DNA from: Tubulanus polymorphus
Lineage: Eukaryota; Animalia; Nemertea
Reading direction: 5' to 3'
Assembly (NCBI RefSeq): GCF_964204645.1
Contig: NC_134031.1
Coordinates: forward strand, 18,111,910 to 18,175,909
Length of the DNA: 64,000 nt
Positions 26,849-38,197 of this stretch are shown piece by piece; the stretch's first letter is position 1; each line of letters begins with the position of its first letter. Under the pieces are notes generated by a model. That model was given only the letters and a program-made list of their open reading frames with translations. It was not told the origin of the DNA and searched no databases. The position numbers and the translations under genes were made by a program.

Positions 26849-29800
26849 TTAACTGGAGTTTGACAGAATCTTTCGTATCATTGCCGTATAGCCTATCGGA
26901 TTGTCCCTTGCAGCCTGCAAAAGATTTCATTTTTTGAATTAGATTTTTTACAACAAATTATATAAATGTGAGGCAGGATTTAATCAATGAGAAGGCCACG
27001 GCGTTTCAATTTGACGGTCATCAGTGCTTCTCGGAGGGTCTGTTTTCATGACGTAACATGAGGAACTATATACAATTGAGCTGGTCAATACCCTTCTAGG
27101 AAGCACGGCCATCTCAAAAATCTATAATTCGTTACGCCATAGGGGGAATCTATGAATACAGTCGAGTTGTAGATAATCTAACAGGGTTTACTGTTGATGA
27201 CGTCATTGGTTGGATCGAAGCAGATTCACTCACATAATGTCCAGCCCTCAGAATCCAGTAACGCTCTAAGTTGGAATGTTTTTTATAATACCCCACCGGT
27301 TCTCCAGTTGTTCCCGTTCTGTATAAGAAATTTCTTCTTTTAGTTCGGAAAGTCGTGATTTGGTTCCAAGTTAAATCTTTTATCCACATATCCGTAGCTG
27401 AAATTAGACCCATGAAAATAATCTTGGATCCAGTTCAGCAGATCTATAAGACTTAAGAGCTGAATAATTAAAAATGAACTAATTGTAACTGCAGTTTACT
27501 CTCTGTAAAACCGGAAGACTTTCTCTCACCCATGTTACAAACTGCCATATCGTACTGTCCTCCGTAAATGGCTACTTTGACACCACGAGTTAACAGAGCA
27601 CTGACTGTAACAAGACAAAAATGGATATTTATTCATAGATCATCGCATGGCAAACAGACCTTTAGTCAGTCAGATCTGCAAGAACCAGGACTGAGTTGAA
27701 CAGTTATCAATGGTCTTGATTCTGATGTCAACAAGGACATTTTTCTATGATTGAAAAGGGATATTTGTAGGGGTCGTCGCATTTGGAGGCTTATTAGCAA
27801 TTGAGGCGTCGCATCTGAAAATTCATGGGTGGATTTAATGTATCTTGCATCATTTCCGAGTAGGAAAACGTATCCTAAACCGACTAATCATGCACGAGCG
27901 CTTGTAAAATTCCAGCGGCAAAAAGTTTAAAAGGGTTCATTGGAGAAAAAATGCAACTCAAAATATTTGAGGCTCTTATACAAGACCAGGTTAAGTTGTT
28001 AGAGATTGGCTATACGCTGTCTTGATTCAAAGCGTGTGTGTCTGAATAAATAAATCATTGATATAACGTTGATGACCGCAGTTTTTTGGGGACCGTCAAC
28101 AACTTTTCAATATCGGCGTTTGCCGTTAAAACGTTTTTGTATCTACATTACTTTTCGAGGTTTCCGGTCCAAAAGTATTCCAAATATCGTTTTTCCATAT
28201 TTTCACATTGGCTGCGGAATTGAAATCTGAATGACAAAAGAAAAGATTAAAACCAACATGAGCTCATACTGGTCTTAAGTTGTTAGATTGGATATAGAAC
28301 CAAAACGAGCGCCCGAGTTGCTGTTCGAGTCAGCTCAATTATATATTAATTATGCTGTATAGATGTTCCTAGTTCCGGTGTTAATCTATACTGACCAGTC
28401 CACCTTATATTTCCAGGTATACCAGACATCGCATTTCTAAATGTTTCATTGTCATTCATCTGATTTTTCATCGTCCGCAATGCGGCTTATGAAAAAAAAA
28501 AATTTTAGATAGTAATAAGATAACGTGCCTCGGATCCTTCCACGCGGTAAAATCGCTAAGAGTGAAGGTGAATTTTACTCAAATCTATTCGCAGAAACTA
28601 GAACCTAAAATAGGTCTTGCAGCCAAATGCTTAGAAAGTACCAAAATATTTGATTAAACAACGAAATATTTTAATATTCTTATGTCGAAAAACTACGATA
28701 GATTGAAAAATATAAAATTCTCCGTTTTTTGTCACAATATTCACCTGGGTAATATGTGACTTTAAAATTAGTTACGTACATGCATAGAATGGCATTATCG
28801 TAGTTTTGAAAGTGAAAAATACAGGTTAAAAGTAATTAGAAAATATCTATGGACATATGTAATCCTGAATATTGTTGTAAAAAGTAATACCTAGTTTTTA
28901 TCTAAGTTTTATACTGCAGTTTGATAGAAAACTGAATTGGGGGGGGGGGGGATTTTTACCTAGGGGGATTACGTACACTCGCTTTTGTCATATTGCCGGT
29001 CAGTACAATCAGTTAATTATATCAAAATGATCAAAATGTCCTGTTTATCTCATTTTATTATCATCCCCCAGATACTTACTATTTATTGCTGACCACGTGT
29101 TCACATTATACATGTCCACGTCTGTATTTGCAGATTGCAACCAACTACTCATTGCGGTAAAGTGATCGTACAACGCTTTAGAGCTGGCAGCACCGTGGTC
29201 GTTACTTCCATAAAGCTGCGAGAACTGCCTGTATAATCCGTCATAATGTAACTTCTGTTTCAGACTGTACAAACTCTGAAATATTGAGCAGGAAAATCAG
29301 CCCCTCTAGGATACGACAACGATAATGAATGATATACCAATGATATATCAATGAGAAACAGACAGATACAGCCCCCTGGTGGATGAAATAAGCGCAACAT
29401 CGATGTTACTTCACACATCGACACTGCCCCTAACGGATAAAATCAACGAAACGCAGAAATTACTTACAAAATGATACCCGAAATTAACATGAGTTGATAA
29501 AGTTTTTGGTATATCTATCCCACTCGCCGCTAAAACTATCTTCTTCAAATTGTAATCAAAATTCATGCTCTGAAATTTAAAAGTATCACAGTAGTTAATT
29601 GTGAAGTGCCCTCTGCAGATGAGAGAGGGAGTGCCCTTTACAGGTGAGGGACGGAGCACCCTCTACAGGGTGAAGGAGGGAGTAGGCCCCTACGATCGCG
29701 AAAATTGTTTTCTTACGTGAAGTTTTTCTTCCAATAATACGGCCACGGCTCCACCTAACGATTCTCCAAATATATACGTGTCCATATTCTGAAAATATAG

Positions 29801-31330
29801 AGCGAGAGAGAATGGAATATGGAAAGAGGGTGGAGAAAGGTGAGGGGAAAGACGAGAGAGGAGGAGAGAGGAGAGTGGGAGGCTGAGGGGAAGAGAGAGG
29901 AGAGGAGGGAAGAGAGACGGAAGATTTAGGAAAGAACTGGGGAGAGGAGAGGGGATAGGGAGTGAGAGGCGGAGAGGGAGGGGTGAGAGGGTGGAAAATG
30001 AAAAACGAGAGGAATAATTTGATTTTTCAAAGGAAAAGAGGGGTTTGAGGGAGGAAAGAGCGGAGATAGAAGGGAGGAATGGGAGAGAAGTTTCTGTTTG
30101 CTAATTATGTATTTTCAAAAGACTCAAGCATATTTACATACTGTAAAATAATTCTTATGTTAATAAAGCTATTTTAAAAAAATAAAAGAGAAGTTTGCGC
30201 TGATGGAGGGATTTTGTCTTACCTTCCATGCTGGGTATTTAACGTTGTAAAGTTGAACTATTAAAGCTTTCAAGTCGTCAACCATTCCATCGAAGGTCGT
30301 CACTAATTTGTTGTTGTTATCCACGTAACTAAACCCTGTCCCGACTGGGCTATCTACTATTAAAAGATTAGCGTGTTGCGCCTGAAAAATTGTACCCATA
30401 CTAGGCGTATAAGATTCGCGTATTATCGGAGAGTCGTGCGTTTGACTATAGGAATATTTACCCAGTAATTAGCTCTATGATTCAATGTTTCGGTAAATTT
30501 GCCATATTCGATGAAATATCCAATTTCCCCAGATTCTGCCGGTCCGCCCTGTATGAAATATCATTCATGAAACCATCTCATTCACTGATGTAATATATAT
30601 CATATTCATATATATGGCACAGGGCCGGCGGAGGAAATTTAGGATTGGCGCTAACAGCGAACAGCGAACGAGGGTCAGGGGCCTACCTAGGTACCTCAGG
30701 AGAACGTTTGAAGTTAGATGCTACGAGAAACATTTTCCCGGCATTTGTACCATACATTTCCGCTGGTGTTGAGCGTATTGTTCTATTTCAGTGGTAAATT
30801 TGAAAAAAATGAGAATTTGGGTGGAATAGATTTGGGGAAATTATTGGTCCAACCAAGGTCGGCAGGTCGTATACCTGCTCCGCCGGCGGGCTCTTGTTTT
30901 TTTCTAATTTTTTAAATTTCTACCTGGAGCCAAATGATAATTGGTTTCGTTTTGTAATCGTCAACGTCAGCTTTGAAAAACCACCAGAACATGTGAGCCC
31001 CGGGGCGAACTTCATGGTATCCATGCCACGTTGCATGCCATTCCTCATTGTGGCCACCAGCTTCAACTGCGCAAAACAACCATAATTTAACTAGGTGAAC
31101 GCTACGTATTCTAAACATTATACACCGTACCGTCTATTACAGTCAAATCAAACCTACACAATTGTGGAACTGGCTCCAAAGTAAAATTAAACCACAAAAC
31201 TGTGAAAATAGGTCCAGAGTCAAATTTCATCCAAAAATCCAAATTTAAGAAGTATGATATTTTTTGTTCACTTACCATTTGAAATTGTCAGTAAAATGAA
31301 GAGGGCCGAAACTTTATAAACATTAATCAT
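26849..31330 (-). CDS. Secreted serine carboxypeptidase (peptidase S10, SCPEP1/RISC-like), 12 exons
   Basis: Phase-compatible GT-AG exons: 31330-31276, 31066-30924, 30548-30462, 30381-30223, 29788-29717, 29569-29468, 29275-29080, 28485-28396, 28226-28152, 27604-27530, 27397-27234, 26914-26849. Motifs: signal peptide, 'VRPGAHMFWWF', 'IIWLQGGP', 'NLLIVDSPVGTGFSY', nucleophile 'FGESLGG', 'YGGQYDM' (Asp) and 'WILRAGHY' (His). Confidence 0.9.
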
Positions 31331-34127
31331 TGTTTCTCTGCTTCTGCCTCTCACTAATTCTAATTGAACAATGAGCTCCTAGAGGGGATGCAGCTGCTGA
31401 ACAGATGCGTAGATATTTTTGTCTAAATCGTCTAAACCACCTGCAATTCGTCTGTCAACTTTCTCCGATTGTTGAATCAATACCTGTTAAAAAGAAAATC
31501 TATCGAGTAGAAAATATTCATATTATATCATTATCTGATACACGCGTTATATATATGTATGACTACTTCGAAATTAACTCCGAATTCAACCCCAGCGAGT
31601 ATTAGAGTTCCGCAGTTTATGTTAAAACAACTGGATCCAGTTCCGCAGTTTTGTGGGTTTAATTTGACTCCAGATCCAGTTCCACAGCTGCGTAGGTTTT
31701 ATTTGATTCTGGGCCCAGTTCAACAGTTGTGTAGGTTTGATTTAGAATTGATTGAGAGCGGGTATTGTTCTGGTCACCACACGGACCCGATAAACGTCAT
31801 CGATCACTCAGGCTCAGTGGTACAGTAGTTCAGTGGCGGAGCTTCCTGGATGAGATTAAAGATCGTCCGCACAAGGGTCGAGTTTCGTAGATGTGTCAGG
31901 AGGTGCGAAATGATCCTAGCTGAAAACATTTGGAAATCTGTCGGTTGTTACTATGTTTTGCGAAACCGGTTTCAGGCTGAGGATATATCCCTTAGGAAAC
32001 TTTAATACCCACGATAAAACCGGGCCCAGGTTGGGGACTTATCATTAAGAGTAACATTGATTCTCTTCAATCTACAAAGCAGGGTCCATGTTGAGGATTT
32101 TACATGCTGAGGGTAACTTTGATAACCAGTCTATAAAACCTGGTCCCAGTTTTACATATTGGCAAGAAATAAACTTATGAAATAAATTATGATGATAAAA
32201 AGTCCTTTCTTTCAGAATCAGTTGTTTTTATCAGCGAGTCCTTTTAAATCAGAGGCAGTCATTTCTATTAAACAGTCGTTTCCACCCGAGAGTCCTTTCT
32301 ATCGGAGCCCTTTCTTTCAGAGACAGTCGTTTCTATCAGACAGTCGTTTCTAAAAGGATGTGATTACGTTGAAACTGAAATTCCGTAATACCAAGGCAGA
32401 GGTTTAATAACAATAAATCAACAAACGAGACTTAATTCGAATATTTTTTGCAACATTTCATTCTATTTCTCTCAAACATTTTTCAACAATCATTTTTTCT
32501 AAATCGTATAAATAAAACAAAATGTACCCGTTTCTTTTTTTCAATAAAAACGATGACAATCCTCCTCAGAAAACAATAAAATCATTGTCAAAACCATTTT
32601 ACTTAAACTAGACACTTCCTTGACTCGGTAGATGTACTTGACCTCAAACTCGTATTTAGTATTTGAATCAAATCGGTAAAATTTCAATAAAACAATAGTC
32701 TGCCGTATATCATAGATCACTCATTGACCTTTACGAAAGGCCCACGGTATAGATTAGGAGCCAATAGTTTTAAAGTATAGTGAACAAAGATGGCGGTTAT
32801 TCCCCAGATTTTAGGAGATCGATCGCGATCGAGGCCGGTGAAAACAGGCATCGCGTAATCGACGGCTGAACGAGTGAAACCACGAGTGAATTTAGTATAA
32901 CCATAGTTTCTCGGATCACATAGAGATCGAATCGTTCTCGTAAACACAAACTCTACCTGCGAAAAATATTAGAAAATATTCATCAAATTACTGTAACAAA
33001 CACCGCAGAATGCTAAATAAACGCTGGATAAACGCTTATTCATACTTACTTCACTTTTACAGACGTCAAGTTTGTTAACATCAATTTCACCGAGATTCGC
33101 GATCACACCAAAAACCATCGGTCGATGAGGAGCCTGAATCGAAATAATTCACAATTCTCTAGAATCACTCGAGAAAAACATGTTTACACCAGAAAGATAT
33201 CGATTTCATAATTACCCCTCTTGGCGGAATGCCAGGATTCATCTGACCCCAGACGTCAATATTTGATTTGTCGATTCCTAATTCTTCCTCTGCCTCGCGG
33301 ACGGCTGTGTTTATTAGAGTGATGTCTGTCGGATCCATTTTACCACCAGGAAAACTGTTAGATATATGAAAATAGGCTATAAATAAACAGAGGCAGGGGA
33401 GGATCCAAGGGGAGGGTGCAGGGGCCTCAGAACCCCCAAATGACAAGTTACCAGGGAAAAATGAAAAGTATTACCGGAAAACTGAGACCTTAAAAGTTTT
33501 AATTCATAAGCTTTTCCATGTATGAGTTTATTTTTTCTGATTATCTTTCTTTGGCGGTGCCATTTGAATTGTGTGATATACGCTATTTAAGGGGTGCATC
33601 TGGGGTGAAAATATGGTAAGACTGCAGGTCTATGTGGCGCTAGTGGATGTGGGTTATCGTGGTTATGGTACCAGTACCATGTAGGCCTATTGATATTAAA
33701 ACACCTAACTGAAGATGCCCAAAAAGGAAATAAAAATGATTGGATTTTTTAAGGGCCTGTTGACAATTTAAGGGTCTCTGAGGTTTATCTAGTCAGTTAC
33801 CTGTCTGTGGTTTAGTTTCATGATCGGCTATTTTCACAAAACACAAGCCCATCCTATTTCAAAAAGCTTACCACCAACAGTAAACTATAAGGTTAATCAT
33901 ACCTGACTTCACCTCGATGTTGGACTAGTTTTGAAGATCTCAGCGTAAACAGTAAAGATGGTTCGTGATTAACGGTACACAGTGATATCAACACAGCAGC
34001 ATTACCAGTACTGGTGCACCTTTACTATCCCTTACACAGCAATTGAGAATATATAAATATGTAACGTATTCTCACTCTCTTACTCAAATGTGGAACTACT
34101 TTTTCTGACATTTTATGACATTGACAA

Positions 34128-34343
34128 TGGGGACAGTGACATCGGGTGACATGGGGGACAGTGACATAGAGTGACATCGGGGACAGTGACATAGGGTGAC
34201 ATCGGGGACAGTGACATAGAGTGACATCGGGGACAGTGACATAGAGTGACATCGGGGACAGTGACATAGAGTGACATCGGGTGGGACAGTGACATAGAGT
34301 GACATCGGGGACAGTGACATAGAGTGACATCGGGGACAGTGAC
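34128..34343 (+). repeat. Subterminal 25-bp tandem repeat inside the Merlin left end
   Basis: Unit GGGGACAGTGACATAGAGTGACATC, ~8 near-identical copies. Confidence 0.95.
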
Positions 34344-34665
34344 CTCTCTAGGATACATCTCCGGGGATATTTTTCCAGCTCCGCATCCCTCCCCCCAAAA
34401 TGGTTGAGTTGCATCCAAGAAAACCATGCAGAAATGTCTAGAAAACAGCCAGCCATATGAGTTTTTAAAAGTGAAAATGTGATAATTATTAATCACTATT
34501 AGGACTCAATTATTTATTCCAATCGAATATATTTACATTGAAAAATTTTTCAAAAGTGACAATGTGATAACTATTAATCGCTATTCAAGTAAGTTTCTTA
34601 TGGTATGAATAAGGTATAATATTATTCACAATGGGGTATAGTATAAATGGGGCCGATAGATGTAA

Positions 34666-36583
34666 TTACAATAGTTCATGCTGGTAATGTTTTGGTAAAT
34701 GCGTAATAAATTCAGGTAAACAATCCTTTGAGAAATTTTCACTGTAATGCTGAATGTCGATTCCAGAATTGAAAATATCGTCATATTCAGGAAGTTGCAC
34801 GGTGTCCGGATGCGGTTTCATGAAGAATACTGATCTTCCAAGAATGTAAATTCGGCCGAATCCTCGTTCGGTCAACTGCAGTAATTCGCCTGAAATAAAG
34901 TTTCAGTAGTTAGAAACTGATAGTAAAAGAGGATTATGAGGCTCATCGATTATGGCAGCGTCAATGACGGCCCAAAATAACAGCAAAATGAAGCTATAAA
35001 ACGTTTGACTAGTACTAACAATAATAATTACCTTTAACTTGTTCTGCTAGACAGCTTTTCACAACTCTGTGAATGTTGCGTACAGATGTGACGGGTCCTT
35101 GTGACGAAAGCAAAGCCTTCGATATCTTTTGCGGAAATGATGACACGCGAGGCGCGTGTATTGAATCTACAGCATTGTGATGTTCCACTGCCTGTAAATC
35201 AAAATGGAAAAAATAATTTAGTTTAACCGGTAGTTATTATTGTCGTAAATGTTTAATAATTTGTGTGGGCAATGAACTTTTTATTAAGACCCATTGAGCA
35301 GTAAATTGGTTCTCAGTGATTAGCGCCAATGCATTTTTCGTACGTGATGAAATTAATTTGATTTGGGGAATGCATACCTCGAGAAATATAGCTTTCTGGT
35401 GCTGCATTGTTCTGAAAAGTGTTTTCGCAGCTTGCATTTGTTGCATTGGAATAATTTCTGAAATGGTGAATCTATTGTCGGATCTCCTTATGGTGTGCAT
35501 CATCGCCTCAACGAATATATGCAGTAACGCAGCAAGCCGAAATATGTGCGTCGCATCCTTTGACGATGCCACGTATATATCGCCGTTCTGTTCTTGGTTT
35601 TCTTCTGAAATATGAAAATAAACGTAAAAATGAATGCATAGCCTTACGATTAAAGACCATTGGTAAAACCATGGTTTCAGCAACTTACCAATATTTTCGT
35701 GGTATCTGCGTTGAAGGTAATCGATGTATTCTTTCCTGATTTCATTAAACAAATTCTCACTTTCATCAGATAATGTGTATGTCACCTTATTGTTCAGGTG
35801 TACTTCATACACAGACTGCAGAATGCTTTTGAACCCGTTTTTCAAGGGGGAGTTCATCACTTCGCGATGCGCTCTAACGTTTTCTTCAGGTTGATGCAAT
35901 TCGGGTTTGCATACACAGAATGTAAATCTGTCTATAAAACCGTCCCCACGACACAATTGCACTAGTTCCATTAAAAGTGGTTCGGCCTGAACCATGACGT
36001 TCATCGACATTGATGTTTTATTGAATCCTCTTTGTCCGTTGGATAAAGTTGAAGTATCTCCCCGACCTCCCCACATTTTGCAAAGCAACGCACGTTCAGT
36101 TTCGCCATTTTTCTGTTTTATGTTAATAGCTTTGAGGAGTCTACCTCCTTCGTCCGACGTGATAAGTCCATAACCAGTATTTAAAGCCTGGTGTTTCTGT
36201 ACCCCGGCTACAGAATAAGTCTCCAAAATGAAGTTATTTCCTGCATTTGCATCGGTATAGTAATCCGAAAACGGTTCGATAATCCGCTCGAAACAATTCG
36301 ATTTGCCACATCCAGGATCACCAACTATCATCATGTAGCTATTCAAAGGACTGATGAACCCGGCATCTTTTGTACTGACACGAGTGTTTGGTCCAGCAAT
36401 CGACGCAATACACGTTAACAACGTCGGAATTGCAATATCACAGTTGCAATTGTATGCTCTGTCGTATAATTTCAGCAGATCTAGCACATCCGGAGGTAAT
36501 ATTAAATCCCATTGGAATTTGATCTTATATGCACTCTGATATAGTTTGAAGATACTACTTTTAGAAAAACGTTTACTAGCCAT
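34666..36583 (-). CDS. Transposon-borne DUF3987-like AAA+/P-loop NTPase with a C-terminal winged-helix-like domain; 4 exons, ~501 aa
   Basis: Exons 36583-35689, 35604-35378, 35191-35032 and 34889-34666, all GT-AG, phases 1/0/1, 1506 nt with no internal stop. Walker A 'GDPGCGKS', Walker B 'LITSDEG', sensor-I-like 'MVQ', Arg-finger-like 'DGFIDRF'. The C-terminal segment 'GPVTSVRNIHRVVKSCLAEQVKGELLQLTERGFGRIYILGRSVFFMKP' looks like a winged helix. The family name is from motif recall, not a search. Confidence 0.8.
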
Positions 36584-37156
36584 GGCGTGGAAAGTAAGGT
36601 AACTGTGAACTATTGAACAAATTATGACCATTTTATATGGTCAGTTAGTTATTCAATAATTCATTAACCAATGAAAATGGTTAGGCCTATTTAAGTGCGT
36701 CAATGAAACTTGACTATCAACGTATCGGTAAACAATTGCAGAAACAATGACAAATTAGGGTTTTAGTGCTAGTACTTAATTCGATTTGCTTGGGTCAAGA
36801 TTCTAAACAGGCAACTTTGACAGGAAATAGTCACACCGAAATTAAAGTGGTAATTAGTAATTGAGGTAGGATTTTAAAACTAGTGGTTTTGATAATTACA
36901 GGCCCTGTACTAACGGCTGCAGCCCACTAACAAATGTGTTAATGCATGGTATATTGAATACAAGCAATAAAGAAATCGAAATCAATGCATTGTTCAACGA
37001 AGCTGAACAAGTACTAGTGGTAATCATATTTCCACATTTGTTTGCGGTTAACCTGTTTACCGTTCATTGTTCCATAATACTTTGTTATCAAAGTTTGGCC
37101 AATAGAAATGAGCCGAAATGAAAGGTTATGAACGGTCGAATTAAAAATTGGCTAAT

Positions 37157-38197
37157 ATGGAGTTTGGCACTAGGCTCATTTTTGGAACTACAAACATGAT
37201 TTCGCCAGAAAGTAAAAAATTGAAAAATGATGATAGTTGGACTTGTAGTTATGAGAGAGACGATAAGAAAAAAGTCATCACCTATAAAGAATTAATTGGA
37301 ACAATCATGAATACAAGACGTGGAACTATTGACTGGTTAATGGATCGTAATCTGATTGCAGCTTCACGTCAGTGTCCGGTTTGTAATGATGAAATGAAAT
37401 TGTCATTGGACGTCAGCAAAAAATCTGCGAGTGAAGGATGGCGGTGGAGTTGCCGAAAACGTGTTGATAGTGTGTTGCACCAACGGTTTAAGTCGGTTCG
37501 AGCCGACAGTTGGTTTTCTAAATCTAACTTAACGATCGCAGAGATATTAGAAATAACGTATTGGTTATCGCGCGGAGTACAGCAGACCGTTATACAGACT
37601 GAAATGGGCTTATCCAGCAAAACAATTGTCGACTGGGCTAGTTTTTTCCGTGAAGTTTGCGAACTGGTTGTTTTTGACAATTGTAAAGCCATAGGCGGAC
37701 CAGGAAAAGTAGTGGAAATCGATGAAAGCAAGTTCGGAAAACGGAAATTCAACCGAGGACGATGCGTCGATGGGCAATGGGTTTTCGGCGGCATTGAGAG
37801 AGGAAATAATAAGAATGTGTTTATGGTCAGTGTCGATAAACGTGATAGTGATACACTGATACCGATAATCGAAAAGTGGATACTACCGGGAACAACAATC
37901 ATGAGCGATTGCTGGAAAGCGTATTCCAGCCTAAATCAACGCGGTTTTGAGCATTTGACCGTTAATCATAGTGTCACGTTTGTAGATCCGGATACAAACG
38001 CGTGTACAAATCTCATAGAGAATCAATGGCTACATGCTAAGAAGAATTTCCCGAAGTATGGCACAGTGAAGGGCCATTTCGATTCGTATCTTGGACATTA
38101 TTTGTGGCGATGTCGTGTTGGGGATGAAGATCCCTTTTTGCATTTTTTGAAAGACGTTTCTAAAATTTACAAATCAAATCAAATAAATGTACCATAA
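37157..38197 (+). CDS. Merlin/IS1595-family (ISXO2-like) DDE transposase, ~346 aa
   Basis: Uninterrupted ORF with a Zn ribbon 'CPVC...WRWSC', an HTH-like region and catalytic motifs 'VEIDESKFGKRKFNRGR', 'WVFGGIERG', 'TIMSDCWKAY' and 'HLTVNHS..FVDP.T.ACTNLIENQW'. Confidence 0.95.
   Translation: MEFGTRLIFGTTNMISPESKKLKNDDSWTCSYERDDKKKVITYKELIGTIMNTRRGTIDWLMDRNLIAASRQCPVCNDEMKLSLDVSKKSASEGWRWSCRKRVDSVLHQRFKSVRADSWFSKSNLTIAEILEITYWLSRGVQQTVIQTEMGLSSKTIVDWASFFREVCELVVFDNCKAIGGPGKVVEIDESKFGKRKFNRGRCVDGQWVFGGIERGNNKNVFMVSVDKRDSDTLIPIIEKWILPGTTIMSDCWKAYSSLNQRGFEHLTVNHSVTFVDPDTNACTNLIENQWLHAKKNFPKYGTVKGHFDSYLGHYLWRCRVGDEDPFLHFLKDVSKIYKSNQINVP

Noticed and set aside
34025-34496. Cys/His-rich ORFs (VTLCHCPRCHS repeats) resembling metal-binding proteins; the array also looks superficially CRISPR-like
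   Set aside because: These are translations of the 25-bp tandem repeat in all three frames. There are no unique spacers or cas genes, and the context is eukaryotic.
37369-37902. 177-aa antisense ORF within the transposase, and similar shadow ORFs over ZDHHC24, SLC12A9 and the cargo gene
   Set aside because: These are antisense or alternate-frame shadows of real coding sequence with no recognisable motifs.
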